64,000 nt of DNA, taken from positions 64,894 to 128,893 of the forward strand of contig CAYPKR010000002.1 of the NCBI GenBank assembly GCA_964411375.1, given 5' to 3'. The notes under the pieces were generated by a model that saw only the letters and a list, made by a program, of their open reading frames with translations, made no database searches and was not told the DNA's origin. Shown in pieces: positions 29,170 through 38,569 of this stretch (position 1 is its first letter; the number at the start of each line of letters is the position of its first letter). Made by a program: the position numbers and the translations under genes. The stretch is from an uncultured Candidatus Saccharibacteria bacterium. Its GTDB lineage: Bacteria; Patescibacteriota; Minisyncoccia; Phycocordibacterales; UBA12088.

Positions 29170-31359
29170 TTAGGGATTTGAAACCGCGCGAAGCATGAAT
29201 TCTATACGATCAGCAAGAATGGAGTGTCCGGTTGCGTTTGGATGGAGAAGATCGCTGGAGAGAAATGGATTTCCGAGTATTCCTTCGAGCGCGTTTGGTA
29301 CATATGCGGACTGTGTATTTCTCGCGGCGTCTTTGTAATGATCATTAAGCGAAGGATCGAGGATTCCACCACCGAGTCCAACCATCAGAACAACCGCGCC
29401 TCTTGCTTGAATGCGAGTAGCGATTGTTTGGAGATTAGCGAATGTCTGCTCACTGGTGAGCGCTGGAGTGGTGACGTTTGCACCAGCACGCACAAGCGCC
29501 GCGCGGATTTGATTGGCAAACGCATTATCGCGAATCGCAATCGCTCGATCATACATTCGACGGAGTTCGTCATTGCCACCGAGGAATACGATGACGACTT
29601 TTGGATTTTTTGAGAGCACATCTGTATCGAGCCGCGCGAGCGCTTGCGCAGTGTTATTTCCCGATACGCCAGCGTTGATGATCGGTTTGCCCAGGCGATT
29701 CGAAAGCAGGGTTACATAATTTTGAGATTGCGGCACGCCGACCCCTGATGTCAGACTGTCGCCGAACGCAATAATATTTTGTCCGCTTGATGGGTAATTT
29801 TTGACTGGCCACTGATTGCCGCCCGGCGGAGTTCCTCCGCCAGTACCTCCGGTAGTGCCACCCGTTGTCCCACCAGTAGTGGTTCCTCCGGTCGTCGTGC
29901 CGCCAGTAGTAGTACCGCCTGTCGTTCCTCCCGAACCACCGATAGAAATTGCGCCTGAAATCGCTGACCTTGTGTAGCCATTATTTTTGAAATAACGGAC
30001 ATCGTATGTGCCAGGCGCCATTCCAGTGAACGTAATTGTTCCGCTTTGCGCAGCACCCGTGTACTGCCAGGTAATAAACGAATGATCGTCCGCTCCTTGT
30101 GTATAGATTCCGATCCAATCTTGCGAGAGGTTAGCGCCGCTCGGTGCGCTCCATGTCGCGGTGACAACGTTGCCGCTTGCAGTTGCAGAAATTGTATACC
30201 CGCCCGTTCCGCCTCCGGTTGTGCCACCAGTAGTAGTTCCTCCCGTTGTGTTTCCGCCAGTTGTCGACCCTGTTGTTCCACCTGTGTTTCCTCCGGTGGT
30301 TGTGCCGCCCGTGGTGCTGCCGCCAGTTCCAGGAGTGAATGTATTGCTTGCCGTTGCAGCGCGAACGTATCCATTATCTTTGAACATCCGAGCTTCATAG
30401 GTACCAGCCGGAAGATTCATATCAGAGAAACTCACCGTCCCCGATGTACCGGAAGCAGGAATATATTTCCATTCAACAAAAGAATGGTCATCAGACATTC
30501 CCTGATTGTAGATGCCGATCCAATCTTGGCTTCCCCGTCCTGACGGCGCAGTCCACGAAACAAGTGGCGTTGCTGATTGTCCTGAATTGGTAAAACTCAA
30601 AGAATATCCTCCTGTTCCTCCACCGGAGGTACCACCTGTAGTCGTACCACCAGTTGTTGTTCCGCCGCTGGTGCCACCGCTCGAAATGGTAATTGGGTTG
30701 GAGACAGCAACACGCGTGTAGCCATTATTCTTAAAGTAACGAAGATCGTAGGTGCCAGGCGCCATTCCCGTGAATGATACGGATCCGCTTGGTACTCCAC
30801 CGGTGTATTGCCATGAAATAAATGAATGATCATCACCTTGATTGTTGGTATATATACCAACCCAATCTTGCGAAAGATTACCGCTTGTCGGAGCATTCCA
30901 CGACGCGGTCACAACTCCTCCATTCGCACTTCCAGAAACGGTATATGCCCCCCCGCCAGTGGTCGTGCCACCTGTGGTGGTACCGGTCGTTGTTCCGCCG
31001 GTTGTGCCGCCAGAAGCTCCGACCGTAAATGAGGTTGAAACTCGGATCGTGTGAAAACCGCTAGTCAGATGCCGTATTTCGTATGTCCCTGGTGGAATAT
31101 TAGAAAATGTAAGCGTGCCACTCGTGTTTGTTGGATACTGGAATGCAACGTATCCGTAATTGCTTGCATTCACCGGATAAATGCCGATCCACTCGCTATT
31201 GATCCCTGCTGCCGCCTGCCCCGAATAGGTGACAGTGACGGTAGAGCCTTGCACTGACGCAGAAAGACCCGCGGTTTGCGCGAAAAGATGGGATACAGCA
31301 AACAATGAGCCGACAAAGGTGACGCCAAGCAGGAAGACAACCGTATGGATATGTTTCAT
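29170..31359 (-). CDS. secreted protein with four tandem ~90-aa beta-domain repeats, Gly/Thr linkers and a C-terminal SGNH/GDSL hydrolase domain
   Basis: Signal peptide MKHIHTVVFLLGVTFVGSLFAVSHLFA. Each of the four repeats carries DW(I/V)GIY..SF..W(Q/K)Y..G..(T/S)F..M.PGTY..R(Y/M)FKNNGY.R. The GDSL block is IIAFGDSLTSG, with GGND and DLLHPN blocks. Confidence 0.8.
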   Translation of the reverse strand: MKHIHTVVFLLGVTFVGSLFAVSHLFAQTAGLSASVQGSTVTVTYSGQAAAGINSEWIGIYPVNASNYGYVAFQYPTNTSGTLTFSNIPPGTYEIRHLTSGFHTIRVSTSFTVGASGGTTGGTTTGTTTGGTTTGGGAYTVSGSANGGVVTASWNAPTSGNLSQDWVGIYTNNQGDDHSFISWQYTGGVPSGSVSFTGMAPGTYDLRYFKNNGYTRVAVSNPITISSGGTSGGTTTGGTTTGGTSGGGTGGYSLSFTNSGQSATPLVSWTAPSGRGSQDWIGIYNQGMSDDHSFVEWKYIPASGTSGTVSFSDMNLPAGTYEARMFKDNGYVRAATASNTFTPGTGGSTTGGTTTGGNTGGTTGSTTGGNTTGGTTTGGTTGGGTGGYTISATASGNVVTATWSAPSGANLSQDWIGIYTQGADDHSFITWQYTGAAQSGTITFTGMAPGTYDVRYFKNNGYTRSAISGAISIGGSGGTTGGTTTGGTTTGGTTTGGTTGGTTGGTGGGTPPGGNQWPVKNYPSSGQNIIAFGDSLTSGVGVPQSQNYVTLLSNRLGKPIINAGVSGNNTAQALARLDTDVLSKNPKVVIVFLGGNDELRRMYDRAIAIRDNAFANQIRAALVRAGANVTTPALTSEQTFANLQTIATRIQARGAVVLMVGLGGGILDPSLNDHYKDAARNTQSAYVPNALEGILGNPFLSSDLLHPNATGHSILADRIEFMLRAVSNP
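29950..31272 (-). repeat. intragenic tandem repeat region (four ~300-nt domain repeats plus GGT/ACC-rich linker repeats)
   Basis: The repetition is visible at the DNA level. Several spurious out-of-frame ORFs translate to the same PPVVPPVV strings. Confidence 0.7.
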
Positions 31360-31420
31360 CCCGGTAGTCTACGCGAATCAAAATTAAAAACAAATGAAGG
31401 AGAATTTGGGCTGATTTTTT

Positions 31421-31461
31421 GGGTCACAGATAATTTTATGCAATAAAATTATCTGTGACCC
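31421..31461. repeat. perfect 17-bp-stem palindrome sharing the GGGTCACAG core with the tRNA 3-prime flank
   Basis: gggtcacagataatttt-atgcaat-aaaattatctgtgaccc. Confidence 0.6.
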
Positions 31462-31581
31462 CGCCTAGGGAAGTTCGATCCTTACAACATCAGTTCAGGT
31501 TGTATGATCTTTTCTTCTTTCAGTCGAAAAGCTCGACAACCTTTCGATTCCCGGACGAAAAGTCCCCCGGACTTTTCTTAG

Positions 31582-31617
31582 GGTCACAGTTTTTCACTGC
31601 GTTCAAATCTGTGACCC
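31582..31617. repeat. second GGGTCACAG/CTGTGACCC inverted repeat, overlapping the 3-prime end of tRNA-Glu
   Basis: gggtcacag-N19-ctgtgaccc. The right arm contains tRNA positions 67-72 plus the trailer. Confidence 0.55.
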
Positions 31618-31683
31618 TACCGGGAATCGAACCCGGCTTTAAAGCTTGAGAAGCTTTCGTCCTAACCGATAGACGATAGGGCC
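31612..31683 (-). tRNA. tRNA-Glu (anticodon CUC)
   Basis: The reverse complement folds as a cloverleaf: acceptor GGCCCTA/TAGGGTC with one G-U pair, a D-arm with GG, anticodon stem AAAGC/GCTTT, loop TTCTCAA, and T-arm CCGGG-TTCGATT-CCCGG. 72 nt. CCA is not encoded. Confidence 0.8.
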
Positions 31684-31762
31684 AAATGTAGGCTGAAAAT
31701 ACCACAGATATTCCCTTTTAAAAAGCTGCGCCCGCGAGAGGCGGGCATTCAGCATCTCTAGG

Positions 31763-33055
31763 TTAGCGTCTCTGCCACTCCGCTTCTTGTCGCACTAAGA
31801 GTTCTTCTTTTCGTTCGGGCTCGTTCATTATTTGTTCAACACAACGCTCCATACGAACTGATTGCGAACCTTTTATAAAAATGACATCTCCTTCTTCCAT
31901 GAGTTGCTCGATAAACACGCCCGCATCTTCTGCCGTGCGGCATTCAAAAATCGATTTCTTTTTCATTTTTGCTGCCGCGGCACCAAGTGCAGTGAAATGT
32001 GCGCGTACGCCAACAGTCACCAAAATGTCGGCAATTTCCGCAAGCTCCTTCCCTGCTTGTTTGTGCGCTTCGATTGAATAATTACCAAGCTCAAGCATGT
32101 CACCAAACGCAACGATAGTGCGGCGATGAGTGGAAAGATTTTTGAATGCGGAAACTGCTTCTTCTACCGCAACCGGCGAAGAATTGTACGTGTCATCAAT
32201 AATGATTGTTCCCTTTTCTCCTTTCAAAAGACGCATGCGACCTTTCGGTGGAGTATGCGTGAGAAACGCTTCTCGTGAATCCGAAAGTGATACGCCGTGT
32301 TCAAACGCGACTGCAGCACCGGCAATCAAAGGATATGCATGCGTTTTTCCAATTACCTTGGGGAGCGTGATGTGTTCAGATTCTCCGTGGGAAGATATCG
32401 CAAATGAAATGCCAGATGTTTCAGGGTCATCGGTCAGCATATTTTCAAATCCAGAACCTTGCACATCGGCGCCATCATCAAATCCATATCGCACCACCTT
32501 GCCATGCCATGCGCTCGCGCGCTTCGTGATTTCTGGATCATCACTGTTTATAAATAGTGTGCCGTCCATCGAAAGTGCACTCACGATCGAATAATCTTCG
32601 TCATTCACGTCTTCGGGGGAATCAAAAAATTCGACATGCACGGGAAGATCAGGAAAACGCGTCAACAAAACCGCATCGAGCGAAAGCCATTTTGAAAACC
32701 ATTTGATATCACCCGGATGATCACTACCTACTTCAAGCACCAACCATTCCGGATATTTTTCGTGGATGAAAATAAGTAGAAGTCCACCGACAATATTTTT
32801 TACCCAGAGAAATGGATTGCTCCATGCATTTGGTCTACCAATAATCGTAAGCGGTACGCCAAATTCGGTGTTCAAACTTTTCTCACTTTTTCGGACGAAA
32901 TATTTTTTGGAAAGCGCGGTATAGATTGCGTCCTTTGTAGAGGTCTTCCCCACACTGCCAGATACTGCAATAATCTTCGGCTTATATCGCCGAAGAATAT
33001 ATTTCGCTTCTGTCATCAAAATCCAAATGAGAACTGCTTTGAACAACGCTTTCAT
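31763..33055 (-). CDS. murF: UDP-N-acetylmuramoyl-tripeptide--D-alanyl-D-alanine ligase
   Basis: Mur ligase P-loop IIAVSGSVGKTSTK and the DDTYNSSP motif. Confidence 0.88.
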   Translation of the reverse strand: MKALFKAVLIWILMTEAKYILRRYKPKIIAVSGSVGKTSTKDAIYTALSKKYFVRKSEKSLNTEFGVPLTIIGRPNAWSNPFLWVKNIVGGLLLIFIHEKYPEWLVLEVGSDHPGDIKWFSKWLSLDAVLLTRFPDLPVHVEFFDSPEDVNDEDYSIVSALSMDGTLFINSDDPEITKRASAWHGKVVRYGFDDGADVQGSGFENMLTDDPETSGISFAISSHGESEHITLPKVIGKTHAYPLIAGAAVAFEHGVSLSDSREAFLTHTPPKGRMRLLKGEKGTIIIDDTYNSSPVAVEEAVSAFKNLSTHRRTIVAFGDMLELGNYSIEAHKQAGKELAEIADILVTVGVRAHFTALGAAAAKMKKKSIFECRTAEDAGVFIEQLMEEGDVIFIKGSQSVRMERCVEQIMNEPERKEELLVRQEAEWQRR

Positions 33056-33182
33056 TTACAAATTATTCTAGCATTACTTCACTCGCGATCACCCATTACT
33101 ATAGACAAAAGATGTGTACATATAGAAAAAATGATGGTATGGTTTTCGGCGGACTGTATCACAGTCAAAGAGGAGAAAGACG

Positions 33183-34409
33183 TTGAGAAGACATCTTTGG
33201 TCCATTCGGTATCACGTGCTTGCCGCGATCGCGTTGATTGCAGCTTCGCTACTACCCAGTATCTCGATAGCGGCAACGCCGCCAGATATCATCGTTTTTC
33301 TGGTCGACGACCTCGGGAGGAGTTCATTCAACAAACTACCCGATTCGGCGACAAGAAATGTCGATGAGATCGCGAGGCAAGGTGTCAGCTTCAAGTGGGC
33401 GTATGCAGAACAAGAATGCGTGCCCGCCCGCACCGATCTCATGAGCGGCCTATATCACGCTCGCTTCGGCATACAAGGAAACGGTCCGCAACCTCCGGGT
33501 TCGATGGTCACGATTGCGGAGAAGTTGAAGCTTCTCGGCTATCACACTGCGATGGTCGGAAAATGGCATCTCGGATTTTCTGCTTCTCAACAACCGGGAG
33601 CGCAGGGCTTCGACGAAGCGTTAGTCTACATAGGCGCAACGCCCGGCTACACAATCACCACGCAGGTTAAAAATGCGGCAGGTTATGACGTTCGACTCTA
33701 TCGCCAGATCGGAAATACGTCTCCCAAAGTCGTAAACGTCACTCCGCTTTTGGGGCAATTGACTACTACCGTACTTGGCGATGAAGCCGTACGGATCGTG
33801 TCCGATAGAACCCGTACTACACCTCTGTTTCTCTACATGCCATGGACAGGAGTGCATGATCCGCTTCAGGGGACGTTGACTGCTCGATTCACAGAGGTCG
33901 ACCAACAGATCGGACGAATTATCGCGGCTGCACGACCTGGAACATTGTTTATCGTTCTCGGCGACAACGGACGCGGAAACGAAAGTCCACTTCGTGGCAA
34001 GAAATACCAAATCTATGAGGGCGGCGTCGGCACCTTTGCATTCGCTCGCTTCGATGGACACGTGGTTCCCGGCAGCATCGTCACTACGCCAGTTTCAATC
34101 GTCGACATTCCCGCCACAATCTACGCGGCGGCAACTGGTGGGGCGGTACTTCCCGGAACCGACGGATTTAATTGGTTCGGCCTTCCTGCCGACCGTGCAA
34201 TCCTCTTCGACGCGCCGAAACCGAGTCCGGGTCTCGGCGTTCGCCAAGGCGACTACAAGTACTATGCCGACCTCGATGGGAAGGCACAGCAACTCTATAA
34301 CCTTTCAATCGATCCGAACGAGACCACCAACATTGCAGGCGCCAATCCAGGCATCGTGGCAAAGATGGAAGCGCTTCTGGAGACCTACCGCAGGAATGTG
34401 CTTCCTTGA
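33183..34409 (+). CDS. sulfatase (formylglycine-dependent arylsulfatase family)
   Basis: Signal peptide. Sulfatase signature I CVPARTDLMSGLY (C-x-P-x-R) and signature II GKWHLG. Its GC content is visibly higher than that of the neighbouring genes. Confidence 0.85.
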   Translation: MRRHLWSIRYHVLAAIALIAASLLPSISIAATPPDIIVFLVDDLGRSSFNKLPDSATRNVDEIARQGVSFKWAYAEQECVPARTDLMSGLYHARFGIQGNGPQPPGSMVTIAEKLKLLGYHTAMVGKWHLGFSASQQPGAQGFDEALVYIGATPGYTITTQVKNAAGYDVRLYRQIGNTSPKVVNVTPLLGQLTTTVLGDEAVRIVSDRTRTTPLFLYMPWTGVHDPLQGTLTARFTEVDQQIGRIIAAARPGTLFIVLGDNGRGNESPLRGKKYQIYEGGVGTFAFARFDGHVVPGSIVTTPVSIVDIPATIYAAATGGAVLPGTDGFNWFGLPADRAILFDAPKPSPGLGVRQGDYKYYADLDGKAQQLYNLSIDPNETTNIAGANPGIVAKMEALLETYRRNVLP

Positions 34410-34461
34410 AGTAACGTTTCAAAGTTTGCTCGCCGATTAATTTCGGCAACACAAGTAATTT

Positions 34462-34496
34462 GCCCGGTCGACGCAGTCGACCGGGCTTTATTTTTT
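34462..34496 (+). terminator. intrinsic terminator for the sulfatase gene
   Basis: gcccggtcgac-gca-gtcgaccgggc-tttatttttt. Confidence 0.75.
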
Positions 34497-34519
34497 AAAT
34501 TGATAATTAAGAAAATATT

Positions 34520-36235
34520 TTATCTATCCGGTGGGACGTTGTAGTAATTGATGAGGAAATCGGTCATGTCCATAAATGGTTCGGTCAAAGTGTGAGATGC
34601 ATATTCGACGCCTTTCGGATAGACGATGTAGAGGAAAATAATAAATTTTGGATCGTACGCCGGGAAGTAGCCAAAGAATGAATGGAGATACCGGTCGTCG
34701 TAGTAGCCGCCTGGGCGCGCGATCTGCGCGGTTCCTGTTTTTGCTGCAATTGAATAATGCTCGTGTTTGTACTGACCATTCAAAAGCGATTTGTCGACGA
34801 CTTGCACAAGCATTCGAGTAATCGTCTCCGATGTTTTTTTACTGATCGCTGGACCGTCTGCTGGATACGCTAGCGTCTTGGAGAGTCCAGTCGTGTAATC
34901 GATTTCTTTTACCAAATGCGGAATCGGTAGTGTTCCTCCGTTTCCAAGCGAAGAAAGTGCACGAACGGTCTGCACGGGAGTGAGCGCAATTCCTTGACCG
35001 AATGATGCAGTCGCATATTCAACGGCACGCGGACTTTCGAGATTGGTAACCTGTCCCGATGCTTCGCCCGGAAGATCAATGCCGGTATCTTTGCCAAGCC
35101 CATATCCTTGCATATAATTGGCAAATTTTTGTCGTCCCATTTTATTTACGACGAATGCAACGCCGGTATTGAGCGACTGGTTCAATACTTCCTGCATTGG
35201 AATCGTGCCGCGTCCTTTTTTGTCGAAGTTTGAGATGGTATATCCGTCGAGTTCAATATGACCGGCGTCAAAGTAGGTGGTTTCTGGCGTAACGGCACCT
35301 GCATCGATTCCTGCTGCCATCGTGAGCGGTTTTATAATCGAGCCCATTTCATAGGAATACTCAACAAGCGGTTCAGTGTAGAGATGCGGGTCTTTGACTT
35401 CGTTGAATTTATTGAGATCAAATGACGGATAGACGCCGAGCGCATAAATCGATCCGTCCTTTGGATTCATGATGATCCCGCCCGTCAGCGTTGGATGATA
35501 TTTCTCATCAAGCGCTTTTAATTGTGATTGCAGATATTGCTCAACCGACGGCTCAATCGTCGTCACCACATCCCCTTCTTCGCGCTTGCCGCTATCAAAC
35601 ACTGCGCTGCCGATGGTTGAAAATACCTGCGCAAAGAAATTTACATCGACTGATGCACTGTCACGAGTTAAGACGTCGTTATAATAGCGCTCGAGTCCAG
35701 TAACACCAGTCTGTGTTTTGCTGTCTCCTTTGAATCCGACAAAGCCGATTTCTTGCGCCGCAAGCGATGCACCTGGATAGAAACGCCAGCGTTCCCGATA
35801 GATATTGATTCCCGGAATTTTTAGTCCGTCGATTTTTAGTGCAGTGTCTTCTGGGACACGATTCGCAATTTCTTCATACGGATCATCTTTTTTGGAGGCG
35901 TGCTGAATAAATTCATCGTGAGAAATTGCCGGATAGATTGCAGCAATTTTTTTATAAATACCTTCTTCGTCTTCGATGAGTTTTGGATCGATCGCGATAG
36001 TGAAGCCAGTCGCGAGTGTGGCGGCAGAAACATGTTCACCGTCTTTAGTCGTAAAGAAAATACTACCGCGATCATAGAGGTCTTGATTCGGGCGCACGTA
36101 CTGGCGATTACCCCGTTCGCTATACACGCTCCCATGGACAACCTGTACGAAATACAGCCGCGCCACCAACACACACGCAAAAAGCACGATGACGATCGCG
36201 ATTAACCTTATGCGGACTGTGAAGGTTGCCCGCAT
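34520..36235 (-). CDS. ftsI: class B penicillin-binding protein (FtsI-like transpeptidase)
   Basis: N-terminal TM, SxxK (SIIK), SxN (SLN) and KTG (KTGTAQ). Sits in the mraZ-rsmH-ftsL-ftsI context. Confidence 0.88.
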   Translation of the reverse strand: MRATFTVRIRLIAIVIVLFACVLVARLYFVQVVHGSVYSERGNRQYVRPNQDLYDRGSIFFTTKDGEHVSAATLATGFTIAIDPKLIEDEEGIYKKIAAIYPAISHDEFIQHASKKDDPYEEIANRVPEDTALKIDGLKIPGINIYRERWRFYPGASLAAQEIGFVGFKGDSKTQTGVTGLERYYNDVLTRDSASVDVNFFAQVFSTIGSAVFDSGKREEGDVVTTIEPSVEQYLQSQLKALDEKYHPTLTGGIIMNPKDGSIYALGVYPSFDLNKFNEVKDPHLYTEPLVEYSYEMGSIIKPLTMAAGIDAGAVTPETTYFDAGHIELDGYTISNFDKKGRGTIPMQEVLNQSLNTGVAFVVNKMGRQKFANYMQGYGLGKDTGIDLPGEASGQVTNLESPRAVEYATASFGQGIALTPVQTVRALSSLGNGGTLPIPHLVKEIDYTTGLSKTLAYPADGPAISKKTSETITRMLVQVVDKSLLNGQYKHEHYSIAAKTGTAQIARPGGYYDDRYLHSFFGYFPAYDPKFIIFLYIVYPKGVEYASHTLTEPFMDMTDFLINYYNVPPDR

Positions 36236-36241
36236 ATTTTG

Positions 36242-36559
36242 TTAGTGGGCGTTTCCGTTATATGAGAGCGATCCTCTCGTGACGTATTCCTTTTTTGAAA
36301 CAGGCGTAAAACCTGCCCCGACTGCGTTTGCAAGGTCAAGCGATTCCTTTGCTTTCAAATATTCTGATTCGAGTGTTGCGACTCGACTGTGTGTGAGTGC
36401 CGCTTGGTGCTCAAGCTCTTCACGAAGCACTACATTCATTATTGAAACGCTAATTCCATATATATAGACAATCACAGAGAGGACAAGCACGAAGACGAGC
36501 GACCAGAATATACGGCGCTCAAACCCAAAAAGTCGTATGCGGTATGCGAGTGGTTTCAT
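36242..36559 (-). CDS. ftsL: FtsL-like cell-division membrane protein
   Basis: 105 aa, single TM plus a coiled-coil, lying between rsmH and ftsI. Confidence 0.6.
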   Translation of the reverse strand: MKPLAYRIRLFGFERRIFWSLVFVLVLSVIVYIYGISVSIMNVVLREELEHQAALTHSRVATLESEYLKAKESLDLANAVGAGFTPVSKKEYVTRGSLSYNGNAH

Positions 36560-36609
36560 GGACCTAAGGAACTTAAAAGAACTAAAAATGGGTACTCTGA
36601 TCTACTTCG

Positions 36610-37503
36610 TCAATTTTTTTGAAAGACTCGAAGTTTTGCGCTTCTTGATGCAGGATTTTCAGAAATCTCGCGTTCACTTGGAGTAATCGGCTTCTTGGTG
36701 ATTACTTTTCCGTGACCTTCCTGCTCTGCCTGGCGAAAATTAGTCTTTACGATCCGATCCTCGATTGAGTGGAAACTAATGATTGCGATTCGGCCTTGGG
36801 GAGCAAGAAGTTCAATCGCTTTCGATATGGTCTCTTGAAGCGCACCGAGTTCGTCATTTACCGCGATACGAAGCGCTTGAAAGGACTTCGTAGCAGGGTT
36901 GGTGCGTTTTTTCTGATACCACAGTGGAACTGATTCTTCGATAATCCGAACCAAATCTCCTGTCGTCTTAAGCGGGTGAACTTCCCTAGTCTGTACAATT
37001 GCGCGTGCGATTCTTCGTGAGAATTGCTCCTCACCGTATCCGAAAAGAATGTTTGCGATCGTTTCTTCGCTCCAGTCATTGAGGATGATCGAGGCAGTCA
37101 CATCTCCTTCAGTAGGATTTGGATCATAGGTCATCTGGAGCGGTTCGTCTCTTTGAAAAGAGAATCCGCGTCCACCTTCATCAATCTGATTTCTACTCCA
37201 TCCAAGGTCGAGGAGTATTTTGTTCGGAGCGCTGATGCGGAGTCTCTGGATCACCGCATCAAAGTTCCGAAAATTGTCATGAATCAGATTGACGGTCGCT
37301 TTTGCACTTGCTAATCGCTGTTTCGCTTTTTCAAGAGCATCTGAATCGAGATCAAATCCGATCAAGGTTCCCTTTTTTCCAAGCGCAGTAGCGATTGCTT
37401 CGCTGTGTCCCCCGCCGTTTACGGTGCCGTCTATGACGACATCGCCCGAGTCGATATGCAAGCTATCAATTGTTTCCTGTAAAAGAACCGTGTAATGGGA
37501 CAT
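36610..37503 (-). CDS. rsmH: 16S rRNA m4C1402 methyltransferase
   Basis: MSHYTVLLQETIDSL..DGTVNGGGHS consensus. Confidence 0.95.
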   Translation of the reverse strand: MSHYTVLLQETIDSLHIDSGDVVIDGTVNGGGHSEAIATALGKKGTLIGFDLDSDALEKAKQRLASAKATVNLIHDNFRNFDAVIQRLRISAPNKILLDLGWSRNQIDEGGRGFSFQRDEPLQMTYDPNPTEGDVTASIILNDWSEETIANILFGYGEEQFSRRIARAIVQTREVHPLKTTGDLVRIIEESVPLWYQKKRTNPATKSFQALRIAVNDELGALQETISKAIELLAPQGRIAIISFHSIEDRIVKTNFRQAEQEGHGKVITKKPITPSEREISENPASRSAKLRVFQKN

Positions 37504-37506
37504 AGG

Positions 37507-37941
37507 CTATATGACCCCAATTTCGCCAAGCTTCTCTGCCATCGAGTCTGCTTGTTTCTCAATCCGCTTTTTGTAATCCTCCCAGTTGTTTGCATCCCAC
37601 ACTTCAACCCGACTTTCGACGCCCGCTAGGACGACTTTGTCGACGAGGGATGCAAACTCCTTGAGGAAATCCGGAATGAGCATTCGACCGACTGAATCGA
37701 TTTCAACTTCAACGGCTCCGGAGAACAGGAACCGGCTGAAGCCTCGAGTATCGGCTTGGCCCATGGGAAGGTTTCTGATTTTATCGGCAACAATTTTCCA
37801 TTCCTTGGTCGAATATACAAAGAGACAAGTGTCGAGTCCGCGAGTGATGACCACACTCCGTCCAAGTTCCTTCCGGAATTTAACCGGAAGCGACAAACGT
37901 TTCTTTGGATCCAAGGTGTGGACGTATTCGCCGATTAGCAT
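37507..37941 (-). CDS. mraZ: division/cell-wall cluster transcriptional regulator MraZ
   Basis: MLIGEYVHTLDPKKRLSLPVKFR, a duplicated MraZ fold. Confidence 0.95.
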   Translation of the reverse strand: MLIGEYVHTLDPKKRLSLPVKFRKELGRSVVITRGLDTCLFVYSTKEWKIVADKIRNLPMGQADTRGFSRFLFSGAVEVEIDSVGRMLIPDFLKEFASLVDKVVLAGVESRVEVWDANNWEDYKKRIEKQADSMAEKLGEIGVI

Positions 37942-38043
37942 CAGAACAATTTACCACTCCTTCCCACCTGAATACAAGTGTATAACACTTCATCCCACTA
38001 CCCTACACTGTTATCCACAGAAACTGTCTGGGGAAAATGGCGA

Positions 38044-38072
38044 TTGACGCACGTTGTGGGGCGTGTTATCTT
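38044..38072 (+). promoter_or_regulatory. sigma70-like promoter TTGACG-N17-TATCTT
   Basis: Consensus-like -35 with 17-nt spacing, upstream of an ORF-free structured region that ends in terminators. Confidence 0.35.
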
Positions 38073-38079
38073 CTCTAAG

Positions 38080-38381
38080 TTCTTTTTGCGGAGGGTCGAT
38101 ATGACCTGGCACTAGCTAGGAATCAGAGGATCAACCCAAACCAAGCCTCGAAGGAGGGCTATATATGGTTCTGCTCTGGCGGTAAGTGCGTAGCCGCAGT
38201 AGCGCACAAACAAAATCGCCTGCCCTGCAGGTAAAACACCGCTTTCCAAGAAAGATCCATAATTGCTCGCTGCAATGTCAGTGCGTGCAGGAACGCACAA
38301 ACAGATACACCTGCATCCTCATCGGCAGTAGAAACTTCACCAGGGGGGTCCGTCAGCTAACAGCTGACGGACTTTTAATTT
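38080..38381 (+). ncRNA. candidate ~300-nt structured sRNA (class unassigned)
   Basis: Bounded by the promoter and the 38348-38381 terminator. Two hairpins share identical gtgcg/cgcac stems, each followed by CAAACA. No credible ORF. Confidence 0.3.
38348..38381 (+). terminator. intrinsic terminator
   Basis: gtccgtcagct-aac-agctgacggac-ttttaattt. 11-bp stem. Confidence 0.7.
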
Positions 38382-38569
38382 GAGGTATTTTTGACGAGAT
38401 TTGACAGATTTGGAGATATGATTTATGGTTCAAAACTTGTCTCAAGTGAGTTGAGACACACTGCCGATTTTGGCACGTTGATCTTTCTCTTGCTAAGGAG
38501 ATACGATCAGATGCGCTAGTTCACGCGTTCGCTGTGCATAGGCCTCTTCTCGGATGCACAGCGAAGTTT

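Noticed and set aside
29751-31054. Several ORFs inside the repeat-protein gene (29751..30398, 30161..30400, 30512..30721, 30842..31054) giving PPVVPPVV-type or Arg-rich translations. The region is also a possible CRISPR-like periodic repeat.
   Set aside because: They are alternative frames of the Gly/Thr linker DNA of the 729-aa protein. The periodicity is protein-domain repetition of about 300 nt with divergent units, not direct repeats with unique spacers.
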